Below, one piece after another: positions 17,170-26,249 of a DNA stretch of 64,000 nucleotides. This DNA is from a virus, in the IMG/VR virus record IMGVR_UViG_3300037704_000085, positions 1-64,000 of that record; one strand, 5' to 3'. A model generated the notes under the pieces. It saw nothing but the letters and a program-made list of their open reading frames with translations, ran no database searches and was not told the origin of the DNA. A program made the translations under genes and the position numbers. Position 1 is the stretch's first letter; the number at the start of each line of letters is the position of its first letter.

Positions 17170-18149
17170 ACTCGGCGACGTATTCCGGGCTGGTGGCCGG
17201 CGTTAATTTCCCGCAGACGATTTCATCCCTGCGGCCGGGCGAGCAGAAAACCTTCCAAGCGGCCATTCAAGACCTGCTTGGTGCTGTGTCGGTGCCGGGG
17301 CAGATCATCAAGGCGCGCGCCACCGAGATTCGCAGCCGGCTGGGCAGAGCGTGCGAAAACGCATGGCGCGACGGTCCGGCGGTCAAGGGCTGGCTCAACA
17401 TGGAACACGACGCCCGGCCAGAGTGGTTCCATGATGCCTACTACGCGAGCGGGCTGACTTCCCTGAAGAAGATCGCCCGGACCTGCCAGCCGCATGCCGG
17501 CGAGCCGATTGCCGACGCCGCGCTGGCCTTCGTGAAGGAATGGGAGCCGGTCGTCGCCGCACTGGAAAGCCTCAAGGCCAAGATAACCACCGTGGCCGTG
17601 GTGCGCGAAGAGAAGAAGGAAACCGAGCGCAAGGCGCGGGCGCTCATTCCGCCGTCGAAGCTGTCGCAAGTCGTCGCCGCCGCAGTCGAGTCCTACCGGC
17701 CGGAACTGGCGAAGCAATACACCGAGTTCGCGACGCGCCGCTATCAAGCCATGGTGCTGAGTTTGGGCGACGACCTGAAGGGCGTGACTTCTTCGCGCGA
17801 GTGGGCGCGGACCTACGAAAACACGGTGCAGCCGATCCTTGGCGCGGACGGCAAGATCAACGCCGCCAAGCTGCGCGACAAGGCCGAGCAGTACGCCGTG
17901 ATGGTCTCCGACAGCATGAAGGCCAAGATCATGGCGAAGGCCGGCGAACTGGACAACCCGGAAGTCAAGCGCATGGACAGCTACCGCTTCCTGATTACCG
18001 GCGAGCGCTTCGGCAAAAAGGTCGCGATTGAACAGACGCGGATCGTCAATGTCTCGAAGCTTGGCACGCTGTTCAACCAGTGGCCGGCGCGGATCGCGTT
18101 CGACCATCGCTCAATCAGCGAAGCCGCTTATAAATCCCTGAAAGGATGA
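17166..18149 (+). CDS. Hypothetical protein (327 aa)
   Basis: ATGA overlap; strong codon bias. Confidence 0.8.
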   Translation: MNSATYSGLVAGVNFPQTISSLRPGEQKTFQAAIQDLLGAVSVPGQIIKARATEIRSRLGRACENAWRDGPAVKGWLNMEHDARPEWFHDAYYASGLTSLKKIARTCQPHAGEPIADAALAFVKEWEPVVAALESLKAKITTVAVVREEKKETERKARALIPPSKLSQVVAAAVESYRPELAKQYTEFATRRYQAMVLSLGDDLKGVTSSREWARTYENTVQPILGADGKINAAKLRDKAEQYAVMVSDSMKAKIMAKAGELDNPEVKRMDSYRFLITGERFGKKVAIEQTRIVNVSKLGTLFNQWPARIAFDHRSISEAAYKSLKG

Positions 18150-18430
18150 TCATGGGTTTCACTACCCGTTTTGGACACAGTGCCCACGTTGAGCGCAACG
18201 TCAAGATCGTTTGCGCCGTGTTGGAAGGGCAGACGCTGGCGAAGGCCGGCGAGCCGCACAAGCTGACGCGCGAGCGCATCCACATCATGTTCAATCGCTA
18301 CTGTCGCGCCGCCGTGCCGGAGCTTTGCGAGAAGCAGCCGCCGGGCAAGAAATTCACGGTTTGGATGCGCGAGCATCGGAGCCTCGTCGCCGCCAAGCTG
18401 AAGGAGAAAACCAAGGCGGCGCTGTCGTGA
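18146..18430 (+). CDS. Sigma70 region-4-like HTH protein
   Basis: RNVKIV...GQTLAKAG...LTRERIHIM. Confidence 0.6.
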   Translation: MIMGFTTRFGHSAHVERNVKIVCAVLEGQTLAKAGEPHKLTRERIHIMFNRYCRAAVPELCEKQPPGKKFTVWMREHRSLVAAKLKEKTKAALS

Positions 18431-18540
18431 GCGACTACAAGCGGATGCAGTGCATCCATTGCAAGCGCTTCACGCAGTTCAGGAATCGCGGCGCGCACGG
18501 CTGGGAGTGTGCGCTTTGCGGCCGGTGCCAAGACGAATGA
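18427..18540 (+). CDS. Tiny zinc-ribbon protein
   Basis: CIHC...WECALCG; coupled on both sides. Confidence 0.5.
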   Translation: MSDYKRMQCIHCKRFTQFRNRGAHGWECALCGRCQDE

Positions 18541-18752
18541 TCCGCGTGCCGCTGCGCGATCTACCGGACGGGGCGCGGTTCGTGCTGATTCGGACCGGCG
18601 ACCGCTACCGGATTACCGGGCGCGAAACCGTCAAGGGCCGGCGCGTGATACTCGTTCGCCGCGAGGACGGAAAGGAGCGTGTTCGCGGCTCGCTACACCA
18701 TTCCTGCCACGTGTCGCCGATCATCAAGCCGCACGTGAGGCCGAAGCCGTGA
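18537..18752 (+). CDS. Small basic hypothetical protein
   Basis: ATGA and GTGA overlaps. Confidence 0.6.
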   Translation: MIRVPLRDLPDGARFVLIRTGDRYRITGRETVKGRRVILVRREDGKERVRGSLHHSCHVSPIIKPHVRPKP

Positions 18753-18940
18753 AGCGCTCGCCATTGGATGCCGCGAAGGAAAAAGGCGCGTGGGCGGCGC
18801 GGATCGGCCAGACCGAGGCCGATTGCCCATACCCGGACAAGCGCAAGGACGACGGCCGGCTGACGTTTTCGCGGGCCTTCCGCAACGCGTGGGCGCAGGG
18901 CTTCAGAGAGGCAAAGGCGAGCGATGGCAAGCCGGCGTAG
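18749..18940 (+). CDS. Rmf/CrpP-fold protein (ribosome modulation factor-like)
   Basis: AKEKGAWAARIG...CPY...RNAWAQGF. Confidence 0.6.
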   Translation: MKRSPLDAAKEKGAWAARIGQTEADCPYPDKRKDDGRLTFSRAFRNAWAQGFREAKASDGKPA

Positions 18941-19088
18941 GCGCTCCGCGTACCTGTCGAAGCCGCATATCTACAAGGCGCGCGGCAAGTGGGTTGTGCG
19001 CGTCTATGACCCGGTGGCGAAGCGGATCATGGCCTTTCGCTCGCCGCATTTGGACGCCGGTTTCATCTATGCACTCTGGGGAAAATAA
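18924..19088 (+). CDS. 54-aa hypothetical protein (not in ORF track)
   Basis: MASRRRRSAYLSKPHIYK...; ends just before terminator. Confidence 0.5.
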   Translation: MASRRRRSAYLSKPHIYKARGKWVVRVYDPVAKRIMAFRSPHLDAGFIYALWGK

Positions 19089-19133
19089 GGGGGAATCATG
19101 CACAAATACTGATTATCCAACCTGCTTGCAGCG

Positions 19134-19156
19134 CCCGCCATTACGGCGGGTTTTTT
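19134..19156 (+). terminator. Rho-independent terminator
   Basis: CCCGCC-ATTAC-GGCGGG-TTTTTT. Confidence 0.85.
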
Positions 19157-19168
19157 GCGCCTAAACGA

Positions 19169-19197
19169 TTGACATAGCGGATAGCACTCGCTAAAGT
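19169..19197 (+). promoter_or_regulatory. Early sigma70-type promoter, class B
   Basis: TTGACA, 17 bp, TAAAGT; ATAGCACTCGCTAAA 19181-19195. Confidence 0.8.
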
Positions 19198-19230
19198 GTT
19201 TCCTTTCACAAACAACAAATGGAGTGATGT

Positions 19231-19500
19231 ATGAAAGTCCTTGCTCTGGTGGATAGCGACACCTATCTGGTCGAGGTCTCGCACGGCGAGATTGAAAAGG
19301 TGTTCGACAAGTATTACGGCAAACTCGACAATCTCAAGGTCGGTGCCAAGATCGACCTTTCGGAAGGGTACGAATTCCGGACGGACATCAAAGCCGCCTG
19401 CCGGGCCATGCAGGAAGCCATGGAGAAGTTCGACCTCAAACGCGAAACGCTGTTCCAGTTTGCCGAATTGATCGCCAAGCAGAAGGACGGTGCGGCATGA
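19231..19500 (+). CDS. Hypothetical protein
   Basis: GGAG RBS after promoter. Confidence 0.8.
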   Translation: MKVLALVDSDTYLVEVSHGEIEKVFDKYYGKLDNLKVGAKIDLSEGYEFRTDIKAACRAMQEAMEKFDLKRETLFQFAELIAKQKDGAA

Positions 19501-20123
19501 GCGACAAGCCACTGCAAGCCTTCGAAGTTAAGGACAACTACGAAGGCAATGCCACGGTGGTTTTCTGCACCAATGGCGCAGCCGCGCGCCGCGAGGGGGC
19601 CAGCGAACTCGGCGTCGAGTGGACCGAGGTTGAGCATTGCCTGCGCAAACCTGAGTTCGACCAGTACGCCCCCGGCCCGGTCTCGCCGCTGGTCCTGATC
19701 GCGCATGGCTGGTGGTTCGAATGCAGCCATTGCGGCCGGCGCGTGACCAGCGACATGTCCGACGAAATCAACGAGGGCGAAGACCCGGAGAACCTCGTTC
19801 CGCGCCTTGATGGCCGGAGCGGCGTCTTCTGTAGCGATTCCTGCGGGTGCTTGGACCACATGGACCAGCGCGGCAGGGAAGAGGCCGCTGACGCGCTGCG
19901 GGAGGTCTTTGAGGCCAAGTTTCCCGGCGCGAAGATCGCAGATGTCCACGTGTATCGCGGCCCGCTGCTGGAATGCCGCCCCGGCCGGTTCGTGGTGGCC
20001 TTCTCGTTCCCCGGTGGAACGTATGCCGCGCATTGGGAGTTCGGCGAAGACGTTTGCCATGTATCAATGATCGATGTTGAGCCGTTCAAGGAATGGCGGA
20101 AGGAGAAAAACCGTGGCGGATAA
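19497..20123 (+). CDS. Hypothetical phage protein with Cys motifs
   Basis: GWWFECSHCG...FCSDSC. Confidence 0.75.
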   Translation: MSDKPLQAFEVKDNYEGNATVVFCTNGAAARREGASELGVEWTEVEHCLRKPEFDQYAPGPVSPLVLIAHGWWFECSHCGRRVTSDMSDEINEGEDPENLVPRLDGRSGVFCSDSCGCLDHMDQRGREEAADALREVFEAKFPGAKIADVHVYRGPLLECRPGRFVVAFSFPGGTYAAHWEFGEDVCHVSMIDVEPFKEWRKEKNRGG

Positions 20124-21201
20124 AACGAAAATCGAGTGGAGTGATGCGACGTGGAACGTCATTACCGGCTGTTCCGTGCTGTCGCCGGGCTGTAAAAACT
20201 GCTACGCCATGAAGTTGGCGGGCACGCGGCTGAAGCACCACAAGAGCCGCGAGGGCCTGACCGTCGAAACCAAAGCCGGCCCGGTCTGGAATGGCGAAGT
20301 GCGCTTCAACGAGGAATGGCTTGATCAGCCGTTGCGCTGGTCGAAGCCGCGAATGATCTTTGTTGCCGCCCATGGCGACCTGTTCCACGAATCGGTGCCG
20401 GACGCGTGGATCGACAAGGTGTTCGCCGTGATGGGGCTGGCCTTCGTGATGGGGCGCGGCCATACCTTTCAGGTGCTGACCAAGCGCGCGGCGCGGATGC
20501 GCGGCTATCTGTGCAATCCGGAGACCGTCTGTCGCGTGACGCGCGCCATGAAGGCCCTTGGCCCGGAGTTGCCGGGCGAGAACTCGCCGCCGGCTTGGCC
20601 GCTGCCGAACGTCCACCTTGGCGTGTCGGCCGAGAACCAAGAGGCCGCGAATACGCGCGTTCCTGACCTGTTGATGACGCCGGCCGCTGTCCGCTGGGTC
20701 AGCGTCGAGCCGATGTTGGGCGCGATCAACCTGACCGCGCTCATGCGGTACGAGCGCGACGCCGGCCGAGAAGGCGAGGACGGATGGACCTTTTGCGACG
20801 ACGCCCTGTCAGGCTTCCGGGCGCACAAGTGCGGTGGGTCGATGGGTGCGAAGCTGGACTGGGTTGTTTGTGGCGGCGAGAGCGGCAGGGACGCGCGGCC
20901 GATGCACGTCGACTGGGCTCGCCGTCTTCGCGACCAGTGCGCGGCGGCTGGCGTGCCCTTCCTGTTCAAGCAGTTTGGCGAATGGGCACCCGGCACGAAA
21001 GTCGAGGCGCGATCCGGTTGTGTCGAGACGGCAACCTTGTTCGATGGAAAGTGGGTCCATGGCGTCGAGAACCTTGCCGACGAAGACCTGCACGTTGACG
21101 ACGAGCCGGACATGTACCGCATCGGCAAGAAAGCCGCCGGCCGCTTGCTGGACGGGGTTGAACACAATGGATATCCGGAGGGTGTTTGTCATGGTCTTTG
21201 A
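20113..21201 (+). CDS. Phage Gp37/Gp68 (DUF5131) family protein
   Basis: KIEWSDATWN..TGCSVLSPGCKNCYA, DLFH, FQVLTKR, WVVCGGESG, PFLFKQ; AGGAG RBS before GTG. Confidence 0.9.
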   Translation: MADKTKIEWSDATWNVITGCSVLSPGCKNCYAMKLAGTRLKHHKSREGLTVETKAGPVWNGEVRFNEEWLDQPLRWSKPRMIFVAAHGDLFHESVPDAWIDKVFAVMGLAFVMGRGHTFQVLTKRAARMRGYLCNPETVCRVTRAMKALGPELPGENSPPAWPLPNVHLGVSAENQEAANTRVPDLLMTPAAVRWVSVEPMLGAINLTALMRYERDAGREGEDGWTFCDDALSGFRAHKCGGSMGAKLDWVVCGGESGRDARPMHVDWARRLRDQCAAAGVPFLFKQFGEWAPGTKVEARSGCVETATLFDGKWVHGVENLADEDLHVDDEPDMYRIGKKAAGRLLDGVEHNGYPEGVCHGL

Positions 21202-21472
21202 TAGCAACGTGGTATCCGCCATTGCAGCCGTAGCGGCGGCAATCGGCTTTGGGGGCGGGATCATTCACGGGCTGGTGGTCGGCACGCGGATCAACAAACA
21301 CGAAAAGCATGACTTCATCCGCCTGCGCTTCGAGGGATCGCACTTCCTGATGACGCCGGCCGAGGCGTGCCAGATTTTGCAGGACGACGACGATCCGAAG
21401 CGCTACGGCGTCGAGGCGGTGCGCCTGACCATGGCCGAGTTCGACGCCATGCCCGAGTTCGACGGGTTCTGA
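21191..21472 (+). CDS. Hypothetical membrane-anchored protein
   Basis: GGAGG RBS; N-terminal TM; ends EFDAMPEFDGF. Confidence 0.65.
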   Translation: MVFDSNVVSAIAAVAAAIGFGGGIIHGLVVGTRINKHEKHDFIRLRFEGSHFLMTPAEACQILQDDDDPKRYGVEAVRLTMAEFDAMPEFDGF

Positions 21473-21475
21473 GCC

Positions 21476-22063
21476 ATGGAAGAGACCAAGGACATGTTTA
21501 TCGCGCATATCCCGGCGCGGCCGGTGCGCCCCGACGTGATCGGCGAAGTGGTGTTTGTCGAGGCGTGGCAGCGCTTCATGGCAACCGATCCGGCGTTCTG
21601 GGACGACCCCGAAAAGACCGTGCTTGACGGCGTGTTGGGATGCTACCGAAAGGAGTATTCCGGCCAGCGCGAGGCGACGGTTTGCGCGAGCCTGATTTGC
21701 TGGTTTGGGACCAACTGCGGGCAAGGCTTTCTGATGGCTTGCAAAAGGTACGGCAAGCAACATACGGAGCATCAGTTGCAGGATGCCTACCTTGCGCAAT
21801 GGGCCATCGAGAACTCACGCAAGAGCGGCATCAATCGCGGCATTCGAACGCTTGAGCATTGCCTGTCGACGGCAGCGGACAACTCGCCGCATGAGCATCT
21901 GCTGTGCCCGGCAGGCCCCAGCGCCGAGGATTACGAATGCGCCGAATGTCTGGTGCAGTGGCTGGGCACGGGCGACGGCCAGAAGTTCTTGGATTACTGC
22001 GAGGCCGAGATTGATCGCCGCCGCAACCCGATCCGGTTCCCGTTCGAAAGCGCGGCAGCATGA
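21476..22063 (+). CDS. Hypothetical phage protein
   Basis: Internally repeated xWxGTxxGQxFL motif. Confidence 0.75.
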   Translation: MEETKDMFIAHIPARPVRPDVIGEVVFVEAWQRFMATDPAFWDDPEKTVLDGVLGCYRKEYSGQREATVCASLICWFGTNCGQGFLMACKRYGKQHTEHQLQDAYLAQWAIENSRKSGINRGIRTLEHCLSTAADNSPHEHLLCPAGPSAEDYECAECLVQWLGTGDGQKFLDYCEAEIDRRRNPIRFPFESAAA

Positions 22064-22554
22064 AGCGCCAGTACCAATCCGCCGAGCAGCACATGCTTGA
22101 AACGCTGTCCGCCTACTCGCCAATGTCGTATCGCGACTATGCCGAACTGACCGGAGCCAGTGAAGACGCCGCATTCGAACGCCTGCGCCGGCTCTGGAAT
22201 AAAAAGGTGCTTTTCATAGCCGGCTATCAGCCGACGAAGGGCGGTCGGCCGTTGCCGCTGTACGCCATCGGCGCGCTGCCGGACGAGCTGAAGCCGAAGG
22301 CCAAGACGACGACCGAGCGCACCAGCGCCTACGAAAAGAAGCTTCTGGCCGAGGGCGGCGCGCGGCTGAAGAAGCAACGCGCCAAGCGGCAGAAACGGCA
22401 CAAATACCGCATGAGAACCGATCCGGTCTATGCCGAGTCGGTGCGCAAGCGGCAGGCCGCGCATCGCCGCAAGGTGATGGGCTATCAGCCGAGGATGCCG
22501 AAGCCGGCCAAGATTGATCCCTTGTTATCCATCCTGATGGGAGTGAAGCCGTGA
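22060..22554 (+). CDS. Putative winged-HTH DNA-binding protein (paralog of 8038-8607)
   Basis: PMSYRDYAELTG...RLRRL...GRPLPLYAIG. Confidence 0.65.
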   Translation: MKRQYQSAEQHMLETLSAYSPMSYRDYAELTGASEDAAFERLRRLWNKKVLFIAGYQPTKGGRPLPLYAIGALPDELKPKAKTTTERTSAYEKKLLAEGGARLKKQRAKRQKRHKYRMRTDPVYAESVRKRQAAHRRKVMGYQPRMPKPAKIDPLLSILMGVKP

Positions 22555-23105
22555 AGATCGAAGAAAGCACGGTCCGCAAGCTGCGGATCACCGAAGCCAC
22601 GGCCCTTGATCCAATTGACGTGATTCTTGAGGACTTGGGGCCGCGTAAAGGCAACATCGTCATCACCTGTTACAACAAATCATGGACGGCAGGCTGGGGC
22701 GGCATGGGCGACCAGACCATCGCGAAGTTCTTTTGCAGCGTTACGGTCGGCTACATCGCGGGCAATCTATCGACGGGAATTCAGCAGTCCGTTTTCGACC
22801 CGGACGGCCTGACTGAATCGCTTCAGCGCATCGTTCTCAAGGATCGTCGTCGCCGAAACATCAGCGGCGACGAGGCGCGCGAAACGTGGGGCGAAATCGA
22901 TGAAATGGGCCATCCCGACAATATCGAGCAGTGCTGGTATCACTCCAAGTTGCTGGTCAAGCTCATTGGCGATGAATGGTGGTATGGGTTGCCCGAGAAA
23001 CCAAACCCGGATTACGTCTATCTCTGCCGCATTATCAACGCCGTGCAGGAAGCTCTACGCACGCTGGAAACCCAACGAAAGGAGTCTGAACATGCAACAG
23101 CCTGA
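22551..23105 (+). CDS. Conserved hypothetical phage protein
   Basis: LDPIDV.LED...ITCYNKSWTAGWGGMG; NPDYVYLCRII. Confidence 0.8.
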   Translation: MKIEESTVRKLRITEATALDPIDVILEDLGPRKGNIVITCYNKSWTAGWGGMGDQTIAKFFCSVTVGYIAGNLSTGIQQSVFDPDGLTESLQRIVLKDRRRRNISGDEARETWGEIDEMGHPDNIEQCWYHSKLLVKLIGDEWWYGLPEKPNPDYVYLCRIINAVQEALRTLETQRKESEHATA

Positions 23106-23874
23106 AAACGCCCCGGCCGCGCCGCGTCTGGAATGGGAGCTTGACGACGCGACTGCCGCCCTGCTGCGTCGCTTCATCGGCGACGACGAAGAGTGCCAAG
23201 GCATCACCCTGTCGGTCGGCTACATCAAGGACGACGACGGCAAGGTCGAGCATGGCCTGTGCGTTCGCAGCACCGAATACCCGGAAGAGGGCGGTGTGCT
23301 GCTGGCCCCCTGCGCGCCGCCGCCGCACCATCCCGACGTGCGCGTGCTGAGCGATGCTGCCGCCCGCGACCTGCGCCGCGCCGGCCGCGCCGAGGCTGTG
23401 GCGACCCTGCTGAAGCTCGACCCGGCCGAGCTTGACGGATGCGTGGATAGCTCGCCGCTGGGCGATACCGGGGAATATCAGTCGTCATGGAACGAAGCCA
23501 AGCTGCGCACCATGTTCGACATCGCCAGCGACGACCCCACCATGGCCCTGATCGAGCGCATAGACGCCGCGTATTGGGAACAAGAGGTCAAGCTTGACCG
23601 ATTCCGCCATCTACGCGACCTGCGGACGGCCGACTTGCTGGCCCGCTTCACGGAAGTCAAGCCCTGCGTGGTCGAGGACTGGCCGAACGCGCATACCGCA
23701 TGGCTCAAGGTCGGCGTGCAATCGTTCTGCATCACGCCGGCCGCGTGCGAAACCAAGGAAGAAGCCGAGTTCATGGCGATGCAACTGGCGCGGGCGCTGC
23801 GCCGTATCTTGCGCGGCGACTTCTCGGAACCGCCGCCGGCAAAAACGATTGACACGGCAAATAACAGTTGCTAA
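23092..23874 (+). CDS. Hypothetical modular protein
   Basis: AAGGAG RBS before ATG 23092. Confidence 0.75.
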   Translation: MQQPENAPAAPRLEWELDDATAALLRRFIGDDEECQGITLSVGYIKDDDGKVEHGLCVRSTEYPEEGGVLLAPCAPPPHHPDVRVLSDAAARDLRRAGRAEAVATLLKLDPAELDGCVDSSPLGDTGEYQSSWNEAKLRTMFDIASDDPTMALIERIDAAYWEQEVKLDRFRHLRDLRTADLLARFTEVKPCVVEDWPNAHTAWLKVGVQSFCITPAACETKEEAEFMAMQLARALRRILRGDFSEPPPAKTIDTANNSC

Positions 23875-23877
23875 AGT
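23849..23877 (+). promoter_or_regulatory. Early sigma70-type promoter, class B
   Basis: TTGACA, 17 bp, TAAAGT; ATAACAGTTGCTAAA 23861-23875. Confidence 0.8.
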
Positions 23878-23908
23878 AGCTGCACCACAAACCAACAAGG
23901 GAGTTGTC

Positions 23909-24319
23909 ATGAGTCGAGAGACCCACGGCCCGGAATACAAGGCTTACCTCGCCGCCCTGAAGCCGGGCGACGAAATCATCTATCTCAAGCATTCGCGCTG
24001 GGGCGGATATCCGGAGGCGGTAAAACTGACTGTCACGCGCCGGACCGCGACGCAAATCATCTTTGGGGAAGGGCGCAATCCGCTGCGATTTAAGGCTGGA
24101 AACGGCCTTTCCATCGGTCGTTCGAATTTCAGCTTCCTTCCTTGGCCGGCAACGCCCGAGGAACTGGCCGCTGCCATCGCGGCGCAAGAACTTGCTGAGT
24201 TCCGCGTCGAGGTCAGGAAAGACGACCTGACCAGACTGCCCATCGAGGCACTGCGAGAAATCAAGGCGGTGATCGATAAATACCGTGCGCCGAAGGAAGG
24301 GAGCGCCGATGCAAGTTGA
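23909..24319 (+). CDS. Hypothetical beta-barrel protein
   Basis: AAGGGAG RBS; LKPGD...VTRRTATQI. Confidence 0.75.
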   Translation: MSRETHGPEYKAYLAALKPGDEIIYLKHSRWGGYPEAVKLTVTRRTATQIIFGEGRNPLRFKAGNGLSIGRSNFSFLPWPATPEELAAAIAAQELAEFRVEVRKDDLTRLPIEALREIKAVIDKYRAPKEGSADAS

Positions 24320-25136
24320 TCGCGATAAGCCGATCCTGTTCTGCGATGCCATGGTGCTGGCGCTGCTGGCCGGAACCAAACGCCAGACGCGCCGCACGAT
24401 GACGCGGCCGGGGCCGGGCTGGTCTATCGAGTCGCCGCCGAGGCTGGGGCGCATCCTGACCCAGCCGCACCCGAAGCACGGCAAGTTCGGCGTCTTCGTG
24501 CGGCGCGGCGAAGGCGAGTTCGCGGAAATGGACCTGATCCCGGCGGCGTATTCCATCGGGCAAAGGCTGTGGGTCAAAGAGTGCTGGCGGATCGGCGCGT
24601 GGGATGAAAATCGTGGCGTAGTGGCGCTGGATTACCGGGCCGGGCACTTCGTTCGCAAGCAGTGGTTGATTCCATGCGCTACGGCCAAGCTTGACCCGAC
24701 CGAGGTCTTCGAAAAGCTGTGGATTCAATCGACAGACGATTGCATCGCCGCCAGAATCGAGCCGGACGCCGAGGGCAACTACCATTGGGAGCCCGGCGAG
24801 GCCCCGACCCGCTGGCGTCCGTCGATCTTCATGTCGCATTGGGCGAGCCGGATCACACTGAAGGTCGAGAACGTGCGCGTCGAGCGACTGAACGACATCA
24901 GCGCAGCCGATTGTCTGGCCGAGGGCATTGTCGAGCGAGAAGTGATCGTCGGAACGGTCTACGAAAACGGACATCGAGAGATTACCGCGTTTCGCTACTT
25001 CTTCGATGGTTGCACGGAAGAGGGTTTCGAATGCCCGGAAGACGCCTACGCGGCGCTCTGGGACTCCATCAACGGGGCCGGCGCATGGGAGGCCAACCCC
25101 TATGTTTTCGTTTATGACTTTGTGAGGGAAGACTGA
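24309..25136 (+). CDS. ASCH/PUA-like phage protein
   Basis: PILF..MVLALLAGTKRQTRR; WRPSIFM..WASRITL..VRVERL.DIS; NPYVFV. Confidence 0.85.
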   Translation: MQVDRDKPILFCDAMVLALLAGTKRQTRRTMTRPGPGWSIESPPRLGRILTQPHPKHGKFGVFVRRGEGEFAEMDLIPAAYSIGQRLWVKECWRIGAWDENRGVVALDYRAGHFVRKQWLIPCATAKLDPTEVFEKLWIQSTDDCIAARIEPDAEGNYHWEPGEAPTRWRPSIFMSHWASRITLKVENVRVERLNDISAADCLAEGIVEREVIVGTVYENGHREITAFRYFFDGCTEEGFECPEDAYAALWDSINGAGAWEANPYVFVYDFVRED

Positions 25137-25261
25137 TGCAAAAATCTTTTATGCCGCGCTGGTGGCACTTGATCAACAAGGGCAACATGGTTTCGGGGGT
25201 GATGATTGTCGCCGGGGTTATTGGCCTGTGCGTTGCCGTGATTGTCGAGGTCAAGGCATGA
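25136..25261 (+). CDS. 41-aa membrane peptide (not in ORF track)
   Basis: TGATG and ATGA coupling; hydrophobic helix. Confidence 0.5.
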   Translation: MQKSFMPRWWHLINKGNMVSGVMIVAGVIGLCVAVIVEVKA

Positions 25262-25539
25262 GCGCCGTCATCGCGGTATCGGCCGAAGCCGACTTCGAAG
25301 CCGGGACGTGGACCTTTGAGCCGAAGGGGCCGTATGCGGTCGGCGCGGGCAACTACGCCATCATGCGCGAAGAGCATTTCAAGCGCCTATTGACTGCGTG
25401 CCGGCTCGCGATCAAGGCGAGCGCCAAGAACGCGCCGGACGGCGAGTATTGCCCGGACTGGCAAGCCGCCATGTACGACATGCGCGAGGCCGAGAAGGAG
25501 TTTTCGAACATCCTTCCCGCCGAGGCGGTGGCATCGTGA
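25258..25539 (+). CDS. Hypothetical protein
   Basis: ATGA and GTGA overlaps. Confidence 0.65.
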   Translation: MSAVIAVSAEADFEAGTWTFEPKGPYAVGAGNYAIMREEHFKRLLTACRLAIKASAKNAPDGEYCPDWQAAMYDMREAEKEFSNILPAEAVAS

Positions 25540-26249
25540 GCCGCGAAACCATCCGCCCGGAAATCACGGCCGGGAAGATCGGGCAGTGCGACGATCACGA
25601 TATCTACCGGCACCCGGCGTTCGGCGTGATCACGCTCATGGAGCCAACAGGCCATGCCGAAGGATTGTTTGGATCGGACGTTCAGCACTCGCGCTGCATG
25701 AAGATCACGATTCACCGGGCCGAGCTTCATCGCAACCTGTCGAACGACTGGATACACGACCGCGAAACGCTGGTTGTGGTCGAGTTATCGCACGCGCAGT
25801 TCGCCGAGTTCATCACCAGCAAGGGCAAGGGCGACGGCACGCCCTGTACGTTGCGCTACACCGCGCCGGAAGGCTCGCGATTGGAGCAAATGCCCGGCAT
25901 CGCCATGCCGGAAACGAAGACCGAAATGTTCCGGCGCGAAATCGAAGAGTCGGCCAAGGAACGGCTGACCGAGATCAGAAAACAAATTGATCGGCTGGGC
26001 GCGATGATCGAAGAGGGGCGGCTTGCCAAGCGCGACCTGCGCGACATGCACGCCGAACTGCTTCGCCATGCGCAGCAGCTTCCGGGGTCGGTCGGCTTCG
26101 TGATTGAGCAGGCGCAAGAGGCGTTGGAACACGCGACGACCGCTGCCAAGATCGAGGTCGAGGCGTACATCGGGCAGGCCGTGCAGCGCATTGGCATGGA
26201 CGCCGCCAGAAACATCGGATTGATTGAAAACAAAGGAGAAAGATCATGA
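25536..26249 (+). CDS. Conserved hypothetical phage protein
   Basis: HPAFG...LFGSD..H...AQFAEFITS.G.GDGTPCTL. Confidence 0.8.
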   Translation: MSRETIRPEITAGKIGQCDDHDIYRHPAFGVITLMEPTGHAEGLFGSDVQHSRCMKITIHRAELHRNLSNDWIHDRETLVVVELSHAQFAEFITSKGKGDGTPCTLRYTAPEGSRLEQMPGIAMPETKTEMFRREIEESAKERLTEIRKQIDRLGAMIEEGRLAKRDLRDMHAELLRHAQQLPGSVGFVIEQAQEALEHATTAAKIEVEAYIGQAVQRIGMDAARNIGLIENKGERS

